DNA of 64,000 bases. Source: Candidatus Babeliales bacterium (GTDB lineage: Bacteria > Babelota > Babeliae > Babelales > JANWKD01). The notes under the pieces are model-generated. The model was not told the DNA's origin. It searched no databases and saw nothing but the letters and a program-made list of their open reading frames with translations. The stretch spans positions 1,184,001 through 1,248,000 of the forward strand of contig OY969622.1 of assembly GCA_963701665.1 (NCBI GenBank). The letters are read 5' to 3'. Below are positions 29,701 to 41,199 of the stretch, piece after piece. The position numbers were made by a program, and so were the translations under genes. Position 1 is the stretch's first letter, and the number at the start of each line of letters is the position of its first letter.

Positions 29701-30228
29701 TTAATTATCGCTATCACTTTCATCAGACGATGCAGAATCAGTATCGGTAGAACTTTTTTCTGATGCAGAACTTTGAAAACGTTTCATCGCAAGATAGAGA
29801 GCTTCATGGTCGTGTGGACGAGCCACAATGCCATGCTCATAAGCAAAGCGAAAACGATCTGGATTATTATCAGTTTCCATTATAGTCACATAATCGAGTG
29901 CTGGCTGTGGTTTTTGCAGTTTAAGTGAGTTTTCGTTGTAGCTAATAATTATAGGTTGATTCATTTCTTGTGGCTGAACATTGCGGGCCGAAGCACGTGT
30001 ACCAACCAAAACAGGAGCTCTGAGTAAAGCAACCACACCCTCGCTCAAGGTTTCCTCAGATTGCTGTGTATTATTAGTATGGTTTCCAGGTATCAATGGT
30101 CCACCGTAGTTCAAACGCATTATATAGGTATTAAATTCTTCTAAGGTTTCCTGACCATCTTCCATACAATATAAGGCTGGCATACATAAAAAACCCAACG
30201 ATAAGAGATAAAAAGTTATTGGTTGCAT
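29701..30228 (-). CDS. Exported hypothetical protein (ME-type) with Ser/Asp-rich tail
   Basis: ALYC|MEDG; AGGGGG RBS. Confidence 0.7.
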   Translation of the reverse strand: MQPITFYLLSLGFLCMPALYCMEDGQETLEEFNTYIMRLNYGGPLIPGNHTNNTQQSEETLSEGVVALLRAPVLVGTRASARNVQPQEMNQPIIISYNENSLKLQKPQPALDYVTIMETDNNPDRFRFAYEHGIVARPHDHEALYLAMKRFQSSASEKSSTDTDSASSDESDSDN

Positions 30229-30319
30229 AAAATTTCCCCCTGCAATAATTAAGTAAAATAATGGTATATATCATTCAGATTACGAGTATACCATTATTTT
30301 AAAAATGTCCTATATAGCC

Positions 30320-30694
30320 TTAATAATTACACTTTCTGCAAAAAAAGACCGCTATCGCTTCTTCCGGTGTTTGGCCGGGGTACTGAGGAACCAAGAGGGT
30401 ATCAAAGAGCCGTTCAACCTCACCCGGGCCCCAAGATTTTTTTTCTGGGAAATCAGGAAAAATACTGTTAATAGTTGCAGCAATCTGATTACTTTTTTTA
30501 AGATCTGCTATTATTTTCTCATTCCTCATTGCTGCGAGCTCTAACCGCGCAAAAGCAACTTCAATTTCGCCCCATTGCAACTCATCATAAGCTTTTTCAA
30601 TAAAACGGTGAGCATCAAGAGGATTACCCATTTCCATGGCACGTAAAGAATTAAAAAAAATAATTATTAATACAGCAAGAATTGAGTATTTCAT
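30320..30694 (-). CDS. Exported hypothetical protein (ME-type)
   Basis: MKYSILAVLIIIFFNSLRA|MEMG; AGGGAG RBS. Confidence 0.7.
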   Translation of the reverse strand: MKYSILAVLIIIFFNSLRAMEMGNPLDAHRFIEKAYDELQWGEIEVAFARLELAAMRNEKIIADLKKSNQIAATINSIFPDFPEKKSWGPGEVERLFDTLLVPQYPGQTPEEAIAVFFCRKCNY

Positions 30695-30749
30695 GAATTG
30701 CTCCCTAAAAATCATAATTTATGTGCAATAAATATATAATGAATACTCT

Positions 30750-31962
30750 TAAAAAAGGCAATAGTGAGATGAATTTTGATTTTATGCTTGTAATTGCTCG
30801 ATAGATTCTCTCAATTTTATTAGTGTTTCTCTATTTTTTGGTGAATCGAGAATAACTATTTTGCCTCCTTCATATTTAAAATCTAATGGAAACACTTTAA
30901 TATTTTTTTCTTCCAAGCCGAGTTCTTTAATATCTTCTGGTTCCAACCATGGAAATTTTTCCAATTTCAGATAAATGATAAAACGATTGGGAATATGCTT
31001 ATAGAATTCCTCAAGGCGCCTAAGCGGCCCCCCTTTTATTATCTCGAAAGTTCTCTCAGTATTTCCCAAATCAAGCACAATAAAAAGAGGTGAATCCACC
31101 GCCCTTTTATAAGGTATTTCTTTATAAGGCAGGGCACTTGAGCGAGTAATAACATTAAAGTTGAGAATATCCTTATCAAACGTCTTAGCATAAGGAATTT
31201 CTGTCAACGTATGTTCTATTGGAACATACCTTTCATGTTTTATTGGCACGATTTTTTGGGGAGCAGCTTGTGTGATTTTTATAGCGGCATCTTCAATAGC
31301 ATTTCTGAGCTCTGTTAATGTTTCTCTATTTTTCAGCGAATCGAGAATAACTATTTTGCCCCCTTCGTATTTAAAATCTAATGGAAACACTTTAATATTT
31401 TTTTCTTCCAAGCTGAGTTCTTCAATATCTTCTGGTTCCAACCATGGAAATTTTTCTAATTTCAAATAAATGATGAAACGATTGGAAATATTCTTATAGA
31501 ATTCCTCAAGACGCCTAAGCGGCCCCCCTTTTATTATCTCGAAAGTTCTCTCAGTATTTCCCAAATCAACCACAATAAAAAGAGGTGAATCCACAGGCTT
31601 TTTATATTGTATTTCTTTAAAAGGCAGGGCACTTGAGCGAGTAATAACATTAAAGTTGAGAATATCCTTATCAAACGTCTTAGCATAAGGGATTTCCGTT
31701 AACATATGTTCCATTGGCAAACGTTTTGGGGGAATAACTTGTGTGTTTTCTAAGGCACTTTGTAAATTTTCTAAATCATTTTTCAAGATGCTCAGTGCAT
31801 CGCGCGCAAATTCCATTGATAATGATTGCCCATACATAAAAAGAAAAATAATAATGCTAGCGTTAATTTTTTGCATTTCTGTTACCCTCTATAGCCCATT
31901 GATTGAATTTTATTCAAAATCCTAACTTTATAAGGCTAAAAAAGGCAATAGTGAGATGAATT
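30750..31962. repeat. 26-bp direct repeats (30750-30775 and 31937-31962) flanking one gene
   Basis: TAAAAAAGGCAATAGTGAGATGAATT occurs exactly at both positions. Confidence 0.85.
30782..31876 (-). CDS. Exported protein (ME-type) made of two near-identical domains 495 bp apart
   Basis: SLS|MEFA; LTEIPYAKTFDKDILNFNVITRSSALP...GGKIVILDS occurs twice. Confidence 0.8.
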   Translation of the reverse strand: MQKINASIIIFLFMYGQSLSMEFARDALSILKNDLENLQSALENTQVIPPKRLPMEHMLTEIPYAKTFDKDILNFNVITRSSALPFKEIQYKKPVDSPLFIVVDLGNTERTFEIIKGGPLRRLEEFYKNISNRFIIYLKLEKFPWLEPEDIEELSLEEKNIKVFPLDFKYEGGKIVILDSLKNRETLTELRNAIEDAAIKITQAAPQKIVPIKHERYVPIEHTLTEIPYAKTFDKDILNFNVITRSSALPYKEIPYKRAVDSPLFIVLDLGNTERTFEIIKGGPLRRLEEFYKHIPNRFIIYLKLEKFPWLEPEDIKELGLEEKNIKVFPLDFKYEGGKIVILDSPKNRETLIKLRESIEQLQA

Positions 31963-32074
31963 CTTGTTTTTGATAGCACCACTCCATTAAAATAATCGTA
32001 TGGGACAGCAAAGAATATGGAAAAATCTTTATCATACATATTTATTTGCAGATATTTAGTAGAGGGGGAGATTA

Positions 32075-34417
32075 ATGAAAACGTTATCAATCAAAAACAT
32101 CCAAGAAAAAATTCCGGAAATACTCCCAGTCATTCCAACAATGGACGTGGTTGTATTTCCACAAATGATTGTGCCGTTATTAGTGCTTGATGAACGTATC
32201 ATTAAAGGCATTCAACAAGCAATTGACGGTTCAAAAATCATTATGTTGTTAGCAGCAAAAAAGCAACTTGATGATTATCAAGGTGCTATAGGCACAAAAG
32301 ATCTTTATTCCGTTGGTACGGTGGCTACCATTATGCGCCTTATCAAAATTCCTGAGGGCGGGATAAAAATTTTGGTACAAGGTTTGTGCAAAGCGCATGT
32401 GAAAGAGATTTTGACCAGTGATGAATCATTAAATGTTCTCATTGAAGCATTTGATCAAGAAACAAATGCCAATGATCCAGAAGTTGCCGCTCAGATTAAA
32501 AATATCAAAGAATTAACAGAAAAAATGAGCACATCAGGACAATCTTTTAGCCCTGACTTTCATCTTATTCTTTCTAAAATGCATGATGCACAAAAAATTG
32601 CTGATTTTGTGTTGTCGCACCTTAATCTAACGGTTGAAGATTCACAAAAGCTATTAGAGAAAAAAACAAATTTAGAGTTTCTTGAAGGTATTTATTTATT
32701 TTTACAACGAGAACTTGAAGTTGCAGAAGTACAAGAACGCATCAAAAATAGGGCTCGGGAATCTATGAATAAATCCCAAAAAGAGTTTTATTTGCGCGAA
32801 CAACTAAAAGCAATTAAAAAAGAACTTGGCGAAGATGATTTAGAAGAAATTGAAGCAATGCGTACCAAAGCTATGCAATTGCAATTGAGCGAAGAAGCAT
32901 CAACCGAAGTACATCGCCAAATCAATCGCCTTGAACGTACTGCGCAAGATTCTATGGAAGCCGCCGTTACAAGAAACTATATTGAATGGATGCTTTCCCT
33001 GCCATGGGGTAAAGAAACCGTTGATAATCTTGAAATCAAACACGCAAAAGAAATCCTTGATGAAGATCATTTTGGGTTACATGATATCAAAGATAGAATT
33101 CTTGATTTCATTTCCATAAAAAACTTAAAAGAAGATGGTTATGCACCAATTTTATGCTTTGCCGGCCCTCCAGGTACTGGTAAAACCTCGCTTGGCAAAT
33201 CGATCGCTAAAAGTTTAGGACGAGAGTATTTCCGCGTTTCACTCGGCGGCGTTAAAGATGAAGCAGAAATTCGAGGGCATCGAAGAACATACGTCGGCGC
33301 ATTGCCAGGAAGATTTATCCAAGGTTTTAGAAAAGTTTCTTCATGCAACCCTGTGGTGATTGTTGACGAACTTGATAAAATTGGCGCAGATTTCCGCGGC
33401 GATCCTTCAGCGGCTATGCTTGAAGTGTTTGATCCAAATCAAAACAAATCGTTCTATGATAACTATCTCGGGGTTCCCTTTGATCTTTCTAAAGTAATTT
33501 TCATCGCAACAGCAAATAATCTTGATACTATTTCTGATCCGTTACGCGATCGTATGGAAATTATTCAACTTTCAGGCTACACCCATGAAGAAAAACTGCA
33601 CATCAGCAAATTACATTTAATCAGAAAAGCTGTGCAAGATTGCGGCCTTGAATCATCGAGCATTCATTTATCAGACGATGTTCTTACCGATTTGATTATG
33701 AATTACACGCGCGAAGCAGGCGTACGCCAACTTGAACGTACGATCCGAAAATTATGCTGTAAAGCTGCACGCGCTATCGTAGAATCAAATACCATAGTAT
33801 CGTTCAACCCTAATAACCTCGACACCTTTTTGGGCCCTCGCAAATTCATTGATGATTACACGTTGGAAGAAGCGCAAATTGGTATCACCAATGGCCTTGC
33901 ATGGACAGCATACGGCGGTGAAATTATAAAAATAGAAGCCGTTATTATGCCAGGCAAAGGAAAACTTATTTTAACCGGCCAATTAGGTTCAGTTATGCAA
34001 GAATCTGCACAAGCTGCATTAAGTTATGCGCGTTCACATGCAAAAGGGTTTGGCTTATCAAATAAAATGTTCACGCATTATGATTTACATATTCACGTTC
34101 CTGCAGGCGGCGTACCAAAAGACGGGCCATCCGCTGGCGTTACCATGCTTTCATCGATCCTCTCAGCCTTGACACAACAACCAATAAATGCAAACTATGC
34201 AATGACAGGCGAACTCAACTTGCGCGGAGATGTTATGGCAATTGGTGGCGTTAAAGAAAAACTTCTAGCAGCAAAACGCAACAAACTTCCTAATGTTATT
34301 TTCCCACTTAAAAACAAAAAAGATCTTGTTGGTTTAGAAAGTATCACTCAAGATATTAATGTTATTTGGGTTAATACTGCTGAAGAAGTATTGGAACATG
34401 TACTCATAAAGAATTAA
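32075..34417 (+). CDS. lon: Lon protease
   Basis: GPPGTGKTS, EIRGHRRTYVGALPG, DELDK, PKDGPSAG, IGGVKEK. Confidence 0.97.
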   Translation: MKTLSIKNIQEKIPEILPVIPTMDVVVFPQMIVPLLVLDERIIKGIQQAIDGSKIIMLLAAKKQLDDYQGAIGTKDLYSVGTVATIMRLIKIPEGGIKILVQGLCKAHVKEILTSDESLNVLIEAFDQETNANDPEVAAQIKNIKELTEKMSTSGQSFSPDFHLILSKMHDAQKIADFVLSHLNLTVEDSQKLLEKKTNLEFLEGIYLFLQRELEVAEVQERIKNRARESMNKSQKEFYLREQLKAIKKELGEDDLEEIEAMRTKAMQLQLSEEASTEVHRQINRLERTAQDSMEAAVTRNYIEWMLSLPWGKETVDNLEIKHAKEILDEDHFGLHDIKDRILDFISIKNLKEDGYAPILCFAGPPGTGKTSLGKSIAKSLGREYFRVSLGGVKDEAEIRGHRRTYVGALPGRFIQGFRKVSSCNPVVIVDELDKIGADFRGDPSAAMLEVFDPNQNKSFYDNYLGVPFDLSKVIFIATANNLDTISDPLRDRMEIIQLSGYTHEEKLHISKLHLIRKAVQDCGLESSSIHLSDDVLTDLIMNYTREAGVRQLERTIRKLCCKAARAIVESNTIVSFNPNNLDTFLGPRKFIDDYTLEEAQIGITNGLAWTAYGGEIIKIEAVIMPGKGKLILTGQLGSVMQESAQAALSYARSHAKGFGLSNKMFTHYDLHIHVPAGGVPKDGPSAGVTMLSSILSALTQQPINANYAMTGELNLRGDVMAIGGVKEKLLAAKRNKLPNVIFPLKNKKDLVGLESITQDINVIWVNTAEEVLEHVLIKN

Positions 34418-34436
34418 CATGAAAGCTTGATTCATC

Positions 34437-35534
34437 ATGAAAATAGTAACTTTAGGCGGTGCAACACGTGATATTTTCATTCATCAACAACAAGAACAAA
34501 CACTCGCATGGTCAAGCAAAGAAGAAATCCGATCCTTCTTGTTACTCCAAGAAGGAACCAAAATTGAAATTAGTTCAATAGAGTATGCAATAGGTGGTGG
34601 AGCACTCAACTCCGCCACCTCATTCAAACGACTCGGCTTTGAAGTAACTGCCCTATTTAAAGTTGGTAATGATGAACAAGGAAATGCAATTCTTGCTCAG
34701 ATGACGCAAGAAGGCATCACTCTACACCCTTTTGCCCGCTCTTCAGAACCAACGGGAATATCGTATATCATCCCTGCAGCAGATGGTGATAATTGTGTTC
34801 TTGCATTTCGTGGCGCTAATGCACATATTTCCCAGGATGAATTCCCTTTTAAGATACTTGATCAAACTCAATGCCTTTATATAACTTCGTTGAGCGGTAA
34901 ATCTGCGCAATTATTATTGCCGGTTACTCGTTACGCACATGATCGAGGCATCCTTGTTGCTAATAATCCTGGCATCAGTCAACTTTCAGCAGGCATTGAT
35001 GTTCTTAAAAACTCGCTTGCTTATATTGATATATTTATTCTTAATAGCAGCGAAGCACAGCGATTTATGATATCACTCTCGCAAGTAACGCCTCAGGAAA
35101 ATCATTTCTCATTAAAAACAAACATTGCGCACACTGATCTTCCCCCATTATTGCAATCTCCTTTACAGTGCAATAACATGTGCTTTAATTTAATTCAGTA
35201 TTTTAAAACTGTTGAAGACCATGGCCCTCGCATTGTTGTCGTTACCGACGGCGCTCATGGCGTGTATGTGTATTCAAATGATACTATTTACTACCATCCA
35301 AGCTTGCCCGTTAAGGTGGTAAACACTTTGGGTGCGGGTGATGCTTTCGGTTCTTGTTTTGTTGCAAGCGTGGCGCAAAAACAGTCCATTGAACAAGCAA
35401 TGCTTAATGGGTTATTAAATAGCACTTCCGTTATCACTCATCTTGGTGCTCAAACGGGGTTGCTTACTAAAGAACAACTGGCAGCAAAAGCAAAAAAAGT
35501 TGATGTTGCATTACTAAAAAAATTCACCCTTTAA
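34437..35534 (+). CDS. PfkB/ribokinase-family carbohydrate kinase
   Basis: GGGALNSA, KVGNDEQG, NSSEA, VNTLGAGDAFGS. Confidence 0.9.
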   Translation: MKIVTLGGATRDIFIHQQQEQTLAWSSKEEIRSFLLLQEGTKIEISSIEYAIGGGALNSATSFKRLGFEVTALFKVGNDEQGNAILAQMTQEGITLHPFARSSEPTGISYIIPAADGDNCVLAFRGANAHISQDEFPFKILDQTQCLYITSLSGKSAQLLLPVTRYAHDRGILVANNPGISQLSAGIDVLKNSLAYIDIFILNSSEAQRFMISLSQVTPQENHFSLKTNIAHTDLPPLLQSPLQCNNMCFNLIQYFKTVEDHGPRIVVVTDGAHGVYVYSNDTIYYHPSLPVKVVNTLGAGDAFGSCFVASVAQKQSIEQAMLNGLLNSTSVITHLGAQTGLLTKEQLAAKAKKVDVALLKKFTL

Positions 35535-37516
35535 GATAATTGATTCAACAATTCTCGCGCTTGCTTAATAATAACCGAATCAAATCCTTCTTGTTGTAAA
35601 ATATCGAGTGCGATATGTTGATGAGAAATGCCTGGCTCAATAGTAAATGGATATTTAATACCCTGCTCATCCAACTTCACCGAAACTTTATAATTTGCAT
35701 AACAATCAGATTCCCGTTCTAAAATTGTCATTTGAGGGTGATGGGTGGCTAGTATGCACATACTATTTTTAAATTGTGCTAAGTAATGGGCAACACTATA
35801 CGCTGCTGCTGAACTTTCTTGTGCTGAGGTGCCGTTAAACATTTCATCGAGTGCAATAAAATTAAAAAGATCGGGTGGGGTATGTTCTGCCAAAAATACC
35901 ATTTCTTGCGCGCGTAATACTTGCGCTTTAAAGAGCGAATTTCCTTGCGCAATATCATCAACGATATTTAAATAAGTAGCCACTTTATAAAATGGCGTGA
36001 AACACATTTCGTGCGCCGCTGCCAATCCGATACTTTGCGCCAAAATAATATTAATAACCATCGCTTTTATCAATGAAGATTTTCCGCCTGCATTTGGGCC
36101 AGTAATAATCATATTGCGGCGTTCAGATCCGCCCAACACAAGAGAATTTGGCACAACCACATCCGCTGCAATTAACGGGTTCCAAAAATCTTTGAACATA
36201 ATGCGCGGCTCAGATGCTTTTTGGTAGTCGGGAAAACAATAATGCACGCGTTCGTGCTCAAATTCTTTATACAAGGTAGCACAGGAAACCGCGGTTTCAA
36301 GATTCCCCAGATTAAGAAGCAACGCGCGGCATTCTTTTTTAAACGAGTGCATCATGCCATAGGCAACAAGCACGCGCCCTCTATGAGCGAGCGTTGAGCC
36401 TTCTTGAGCGAACGTTTTTGAAAATAAAAGCTTGATGACCTTTTTCATCTGCGTACGTTCCATGATGCGCTTTACTTCTTTTTGCAGGTTTTGCGCTTCG
36501 GGACACGCGGCAACAAAATCAGGATTTTCTTTCAAAATAATCATGAGCCGCTGAACAATTTTGAAAAATCGAGCGACAGCACATAGTTTTTTGTGTAAAA
36601 AATCTTCTAATGTTACGCAATCAAATGCCCATTCAAAACTTTCTTTTGTTGTTGTAGCAAGGTATATCGTTGTTGCTGCAATACCCATATTTGAAATCAT
36701 CTGGTTATCAGCACAGGAAAGTACCGATAAAATAGGCCCGCCCTCGCCCTGAAATCGATAACACAGTTGATTTGCATAGTCGGGCAGTTGCGTATGTAAT
36801 GCGCGTGAAATGAGATACACTGGCAACCCTATTGTTGCAAAAAGACCTAGCGATGCTGATAGAAACCTCGTTTGATGTCCACAGAGTGATTTAAATGCGA
36901 GTGCCGTTGGAGAAACATTAAGATATTCTTCTAATGATTTCAAAAATGGAATAACGTAATAGCAGCGTTTACTTGCTTGTAAAAAACCGTCTTGAACCCA
37001 AAATGAAAGCATTAAGTTATCAGTTGCTGAAAGCGGGATAAAAATATCATTTTTGAGCGCTGCATACAGCATGTCATTGTGCAGCAACTCTTTAACAATC
37101 TTCTGGCGCATCATAAGCAGTTGAACGTCATCAGTTGGGTTGTTAAGCATCCCGTATAGTGCCATTTTGCCCCAAATAGTGTCAGTCCGATCCACAAGCT
37201 GTGCAACATACGGATCTTGGATTTTACTACCTGCTAATAAGTTAATATCGCGTCCCGTTATGGCATCATAAAGTACCGTATCTCTATGTTCAAGGCTCAC
37301 AGCGTCGAAAATAAAGGCCGTAGTTTTTCTTTTTTTGATCTCTTGCATGTGAGATTGGTAATCATAACAACGCTTCATATACTCTGAAAAAGATTCATTT
37401 GGCCACTCTTCTTCCTGCCAAATGAGCGTAGAATAGTTCTCTTGAAAGACTTTTTGATAGATATTTTCTGCATGCAATGAAATAACGCATAGGAGTATTA
37501 ATAAACTTTTTTTCAT
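35531..37516 (-). CDS. MutS-domain ATPase (no mismatch-binding domain) with signal peptide
   Basis: ITGPNAGGKSS, SLFKAQV, ALDEMFNGT, ATH; N-terminus MKKSLLILLCVISLHA|E. Confidence 0.85.
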   Translation of the reverse strand: MKKSLLILLCVISLHAENIYQKVFQENYSTLIWQEEEWPNESFSEYMKRCYDYQSHMQEIKKRKTTAFIFDAVSLEHRDTVLYDAITGRDINLLAGSKIQDPYVAQLVDRTDTIWGKMALYGMLNNPTDDVQLLMMRQKIVKELLHNDMLYAALKNDIFIPLSATDNLMLSFWVQDGFLQASKRCYYVIPFLKSLEEYLNVSPTALAFKSLCGHQTRFLSASLGLFATIGLPVYLISRALHTQLPDYANQLCYRFQGEGGPILSVLSCADNQMISNMGIAATTIYLATTTKESFEWAFDCVTLEDFLHKKLCAVARFFKIVQRLMIILKENPDFVAACPEAQNLQKEVKRIMERTQMKKVIKLLFSKTFAQEGSTLAHRGRVLVAYGMMHSFKKECRALLLNLGNLETAVSCATLYKEFEHERVHYCFPDYQKASEPRIMFKDFWNPLIAADVVVPNSLVLGGSERRNMIITGPNAGGKSSLIKAMVINIILAQSIGLAAAHEMCFTPFYKVATYLNIVDDIAQGNSLFKAQVLRAQEMVFLAEHTPPDLFNFIALDEMFNGTSAQESSAAAYSVAHYLAQFKNSMCILATHHPQMTILERESDCYANYKVSVKLDEQGIKYPFTIEPGISHQHIALDILQQEGFDSVIIKQARELLNQLS

Positions 37517-37693
37517 GATGTACGCCTCAAAAAGCCTTTGTTAAACGCAGAAAATTTCGTTGTAAGTATACAAGAAATTATATTTTGCGCACGCGCACAA
37601 CCACACTTCTTTGCATTTTCCTTTCCTCGGCACACGTTGCCGATGTAAACTAGTATAAGAGTGATATTGAGTGATACTAGGAGGAGGTAACTC

Positions 37694-38086
37694 ATGAAAA
37701 TTCTATATGCACTTGTATGCGCATGTTCCATCTTTGGTATTAACGAGGCGATGGAAAGCCAAACAGAACCTGCAACCAAGCCCAGCTCTTCACTCGTATC
37801 TTCGCTAAAATTGCTAGGGGCCTTAGCACTTGAAATAGTGAGTTTTAATCCAGAAAATGTTGATAAAACCACCATTACTCACAGAATTTCACCTAACCTT
37901 ACTATCTATGCTTCCGAAGATATTAATATATGTCGAGATGACTCCTTTTTTATAGTTGAAGAATATACTAAAAAACGAAATAATAAACATGTTTATTATT
38001 TCGATGCAAGCTTGGAAGGAGAGCTTTATTGGCAACAACGCCAATTGCTTACAAAAAAGGGAAAAGTAATCAACCCACTCGTATAA
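37694..38086 (+). CDS. Exported hypothetical protein (ME-type)
   Basis: AGGAGG RBS; MKILYALVCACSIFGINEA|MESQ. Confidence 0.75.
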   Translation: MKILYALVCACSIFGINEAMESQTEPATKPSSSLVSSLKLLGALALEIVSFNPENVDKTTITHRISPNLTIYASEDINICRDDSFFIVEEYTKKRNNKHVYYFDASLEGELYWQQRQLLTKKGKVINPLV

Positions 38087-38168
38087 AACCATAGCAACGC
38101 CCCCCACTATCAACAAAAATTCTTTACAATTCACAACTCTTCAATTAGCATTTAAAAATATAGATTAA

Positions 38169-39647
<1,479 letters not shown>

Positions 39648-39653
39648 TGTACT

Positions 39654-39893
39654 ATGAAGCTCACCTTAGTAAGTACCACTAACAAGCAATCATTTGAAGT
39701 TGCTTGGTTAGAGGTTAATAGTTCTGTCGGTAATTTTGTGATGCAGCGCGGCCACGCGCCTATGATTTTGCTCTTGGCATCACACCAACCAATTAGTTAT
39801 TGTCTCCAGAATGGCAAAGAAGAATCATTACTTATTGAAGGCGGCGGTATTTTACACATCACTCGTCAAGAAGCCACCATTATTTTAACCTAA
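39654..39893 (+). CDS. atpC: ATP synthase epsilon subunit, N-terminal beta-sandwich only
   Basis: Follows atpD; GNFVMQRGHAPMI and GGGILHI; 79 aa. Confidence 0.8.
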   Translation: MKLTLVSTTNKQSFEVAWLEVNSSVGNFVMQRGHAPMILLLASHQPISYCLQNGKEESLLIEGGGILHITRQEATIILT

Positions 39894-39896
39894 GAT

Positions 39897-41141
39897 CTAA
39901 TGCTTACGCTTTGATTTAGATTTTTTTCCCTTCTTCTTTGTTGTATTTTTTTTCTTTTGTTTTGGTAATTGCTCTACATGCTTATCATTTTTATTATCAT
40001 GCAAAAGATTAGGCAACATATCGGGCAAACGATTGCCAAATTCAGGGCGATGCAAAATATGGGATTTAAATTCTCCTATTGCCTCAGCTCTTTTTTTGCC
40101 TGGATAATTTTTTAGAATGCGATTTTGTTCTTCAAATATACTTTTATACAAAGAATTATAATCGCGGTGAGCGTTACGAATAATATCGAGAGCTTGTTTT
40201 AATGCCGCAAGAAAATGTTTACTTTCCTCAGTCGTTAAAGTTTTTTGAATATTCTTACCTGGGGTGTCATAATAATTGTTCAATGCATCAATAACAGCAT
40301 AAAGCCAAGGAATTTGAGGCATAACGTCCATCACTATTTCTCGCATTGAACTTTCCTTCAAAAATTCTTCTACCTCCCTGAGGGGACAGCTCTCGTGAAA
40401 AAGTAAAAGAGCTTCTTCAAGAACCACATCTTCTTTAATGTCAAAAAGATCTTTTGGATTTACCAGTTGCAGAGAAAATAAAAAACTTCCTGCGAACGAA
40501 GCAACACGCCTATGCGTTAGATTATTATAAAAGCTGTTTTTTGTTCGTTGTAGAATCTCATGCACTTCGCTATTTTTACTGTTTTCATAGTGAGCAAATA
40601 TCTTCCCAACATGATCTCGATTTTTTTCGGTAAACCGCTCACTCTTTGATAGGCATACTAATTTTATCAGTGCTTCATGTCCTTCAGGTGTATGAATTCG
40701 TTTACTATTCCTATTTTCTTCTGCTCCCATTTTTATATATGTATCATATGACACTCCCAATTTTCGAGCTCCTCCCTCAAGACAATCTTTATCATCATCG
40801 GTAACTTCTGTAGCAAAAAGATAAAAGGGTTCAGATTCTGCTGTTTTTAATGCTTCAGTCTGATATGAAATCAATTCATCCAAAAAAGATAGTGATGCAT
40901 GATGCATATGGGCAAAGCTGCTCAGAAGCTGAAGTTTTCTTAGATAAAGATAATCTTCCTTGCTGCCGGAATATGACAACAATATTGGCAAATCAAATTC
41001 CCCCGCTTTCTTTGCAGGCGTATCTGACCAAGATGGAAGTTCAAAATAATGCTGAACATAGCTCTGTTGTTCTTCTTCCTTTACTTCCATCGCTTGCAAA
41101 TTTATAAAGCAGAAAATAATAATTAAAAATAATTTTTTCAT
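39897..41141 (-). CDS. Exported hypothetical protein (ME-type) with Lys-rich C-terminus
   Basis: MKKLFLIIIFCFINLQA|MEVK; ends KQKKKNTTKKKGKKSKSKRKH. Confidence 0.75.
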   Translation of the reverse strand: MKKLFLIIIFCFINLQAMEVKEEEQQSYVQHYFELPSWSDTPAKKAGEFDLPILLSYSGSKEDYLYLRKLQLLSSFAHMHHASLSFLDELISYQTEALKTAESEPFYLFATEVTDDDKDCLEGGARKLGVSYDTYIKMGAEENRNSKRIHTPEGHEALIKLVCLSKSERFTEKNRDHVGKIFAHYENSKNSEVHEILQRTKNSFYNNLTHRRVASFAGSFLFSLQLVNPKDLFDIKEDVVLEEALLLFHESCPLREVEEFLKESSMREIVMDVMPQIPWLYAVIDALNNYYDTPGKNIQKTLTTEESKHFLAALKQALDIIRNAHRDYNSLYKSIFEEQNRILKNYPGKKRAEAIGEFKSHILHRPEFGNRLPDMLPNLLHDNKNDKHVEQLPKQKKKNTTKKKGKKSKSKRKH

Positions 41142-41199
41142 GTGAATTCTATCCTGCAACAAAAAGTAGAAAAGAGTTTTTTCAAGCTTCTATTAATTG

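Noticed and set aside
37513..37875. 120-aa minus-strand ORF and similar antisense ORFs across the window
   Set aside because: They overlap better-supported genes on the opposite strand and lack motifs.
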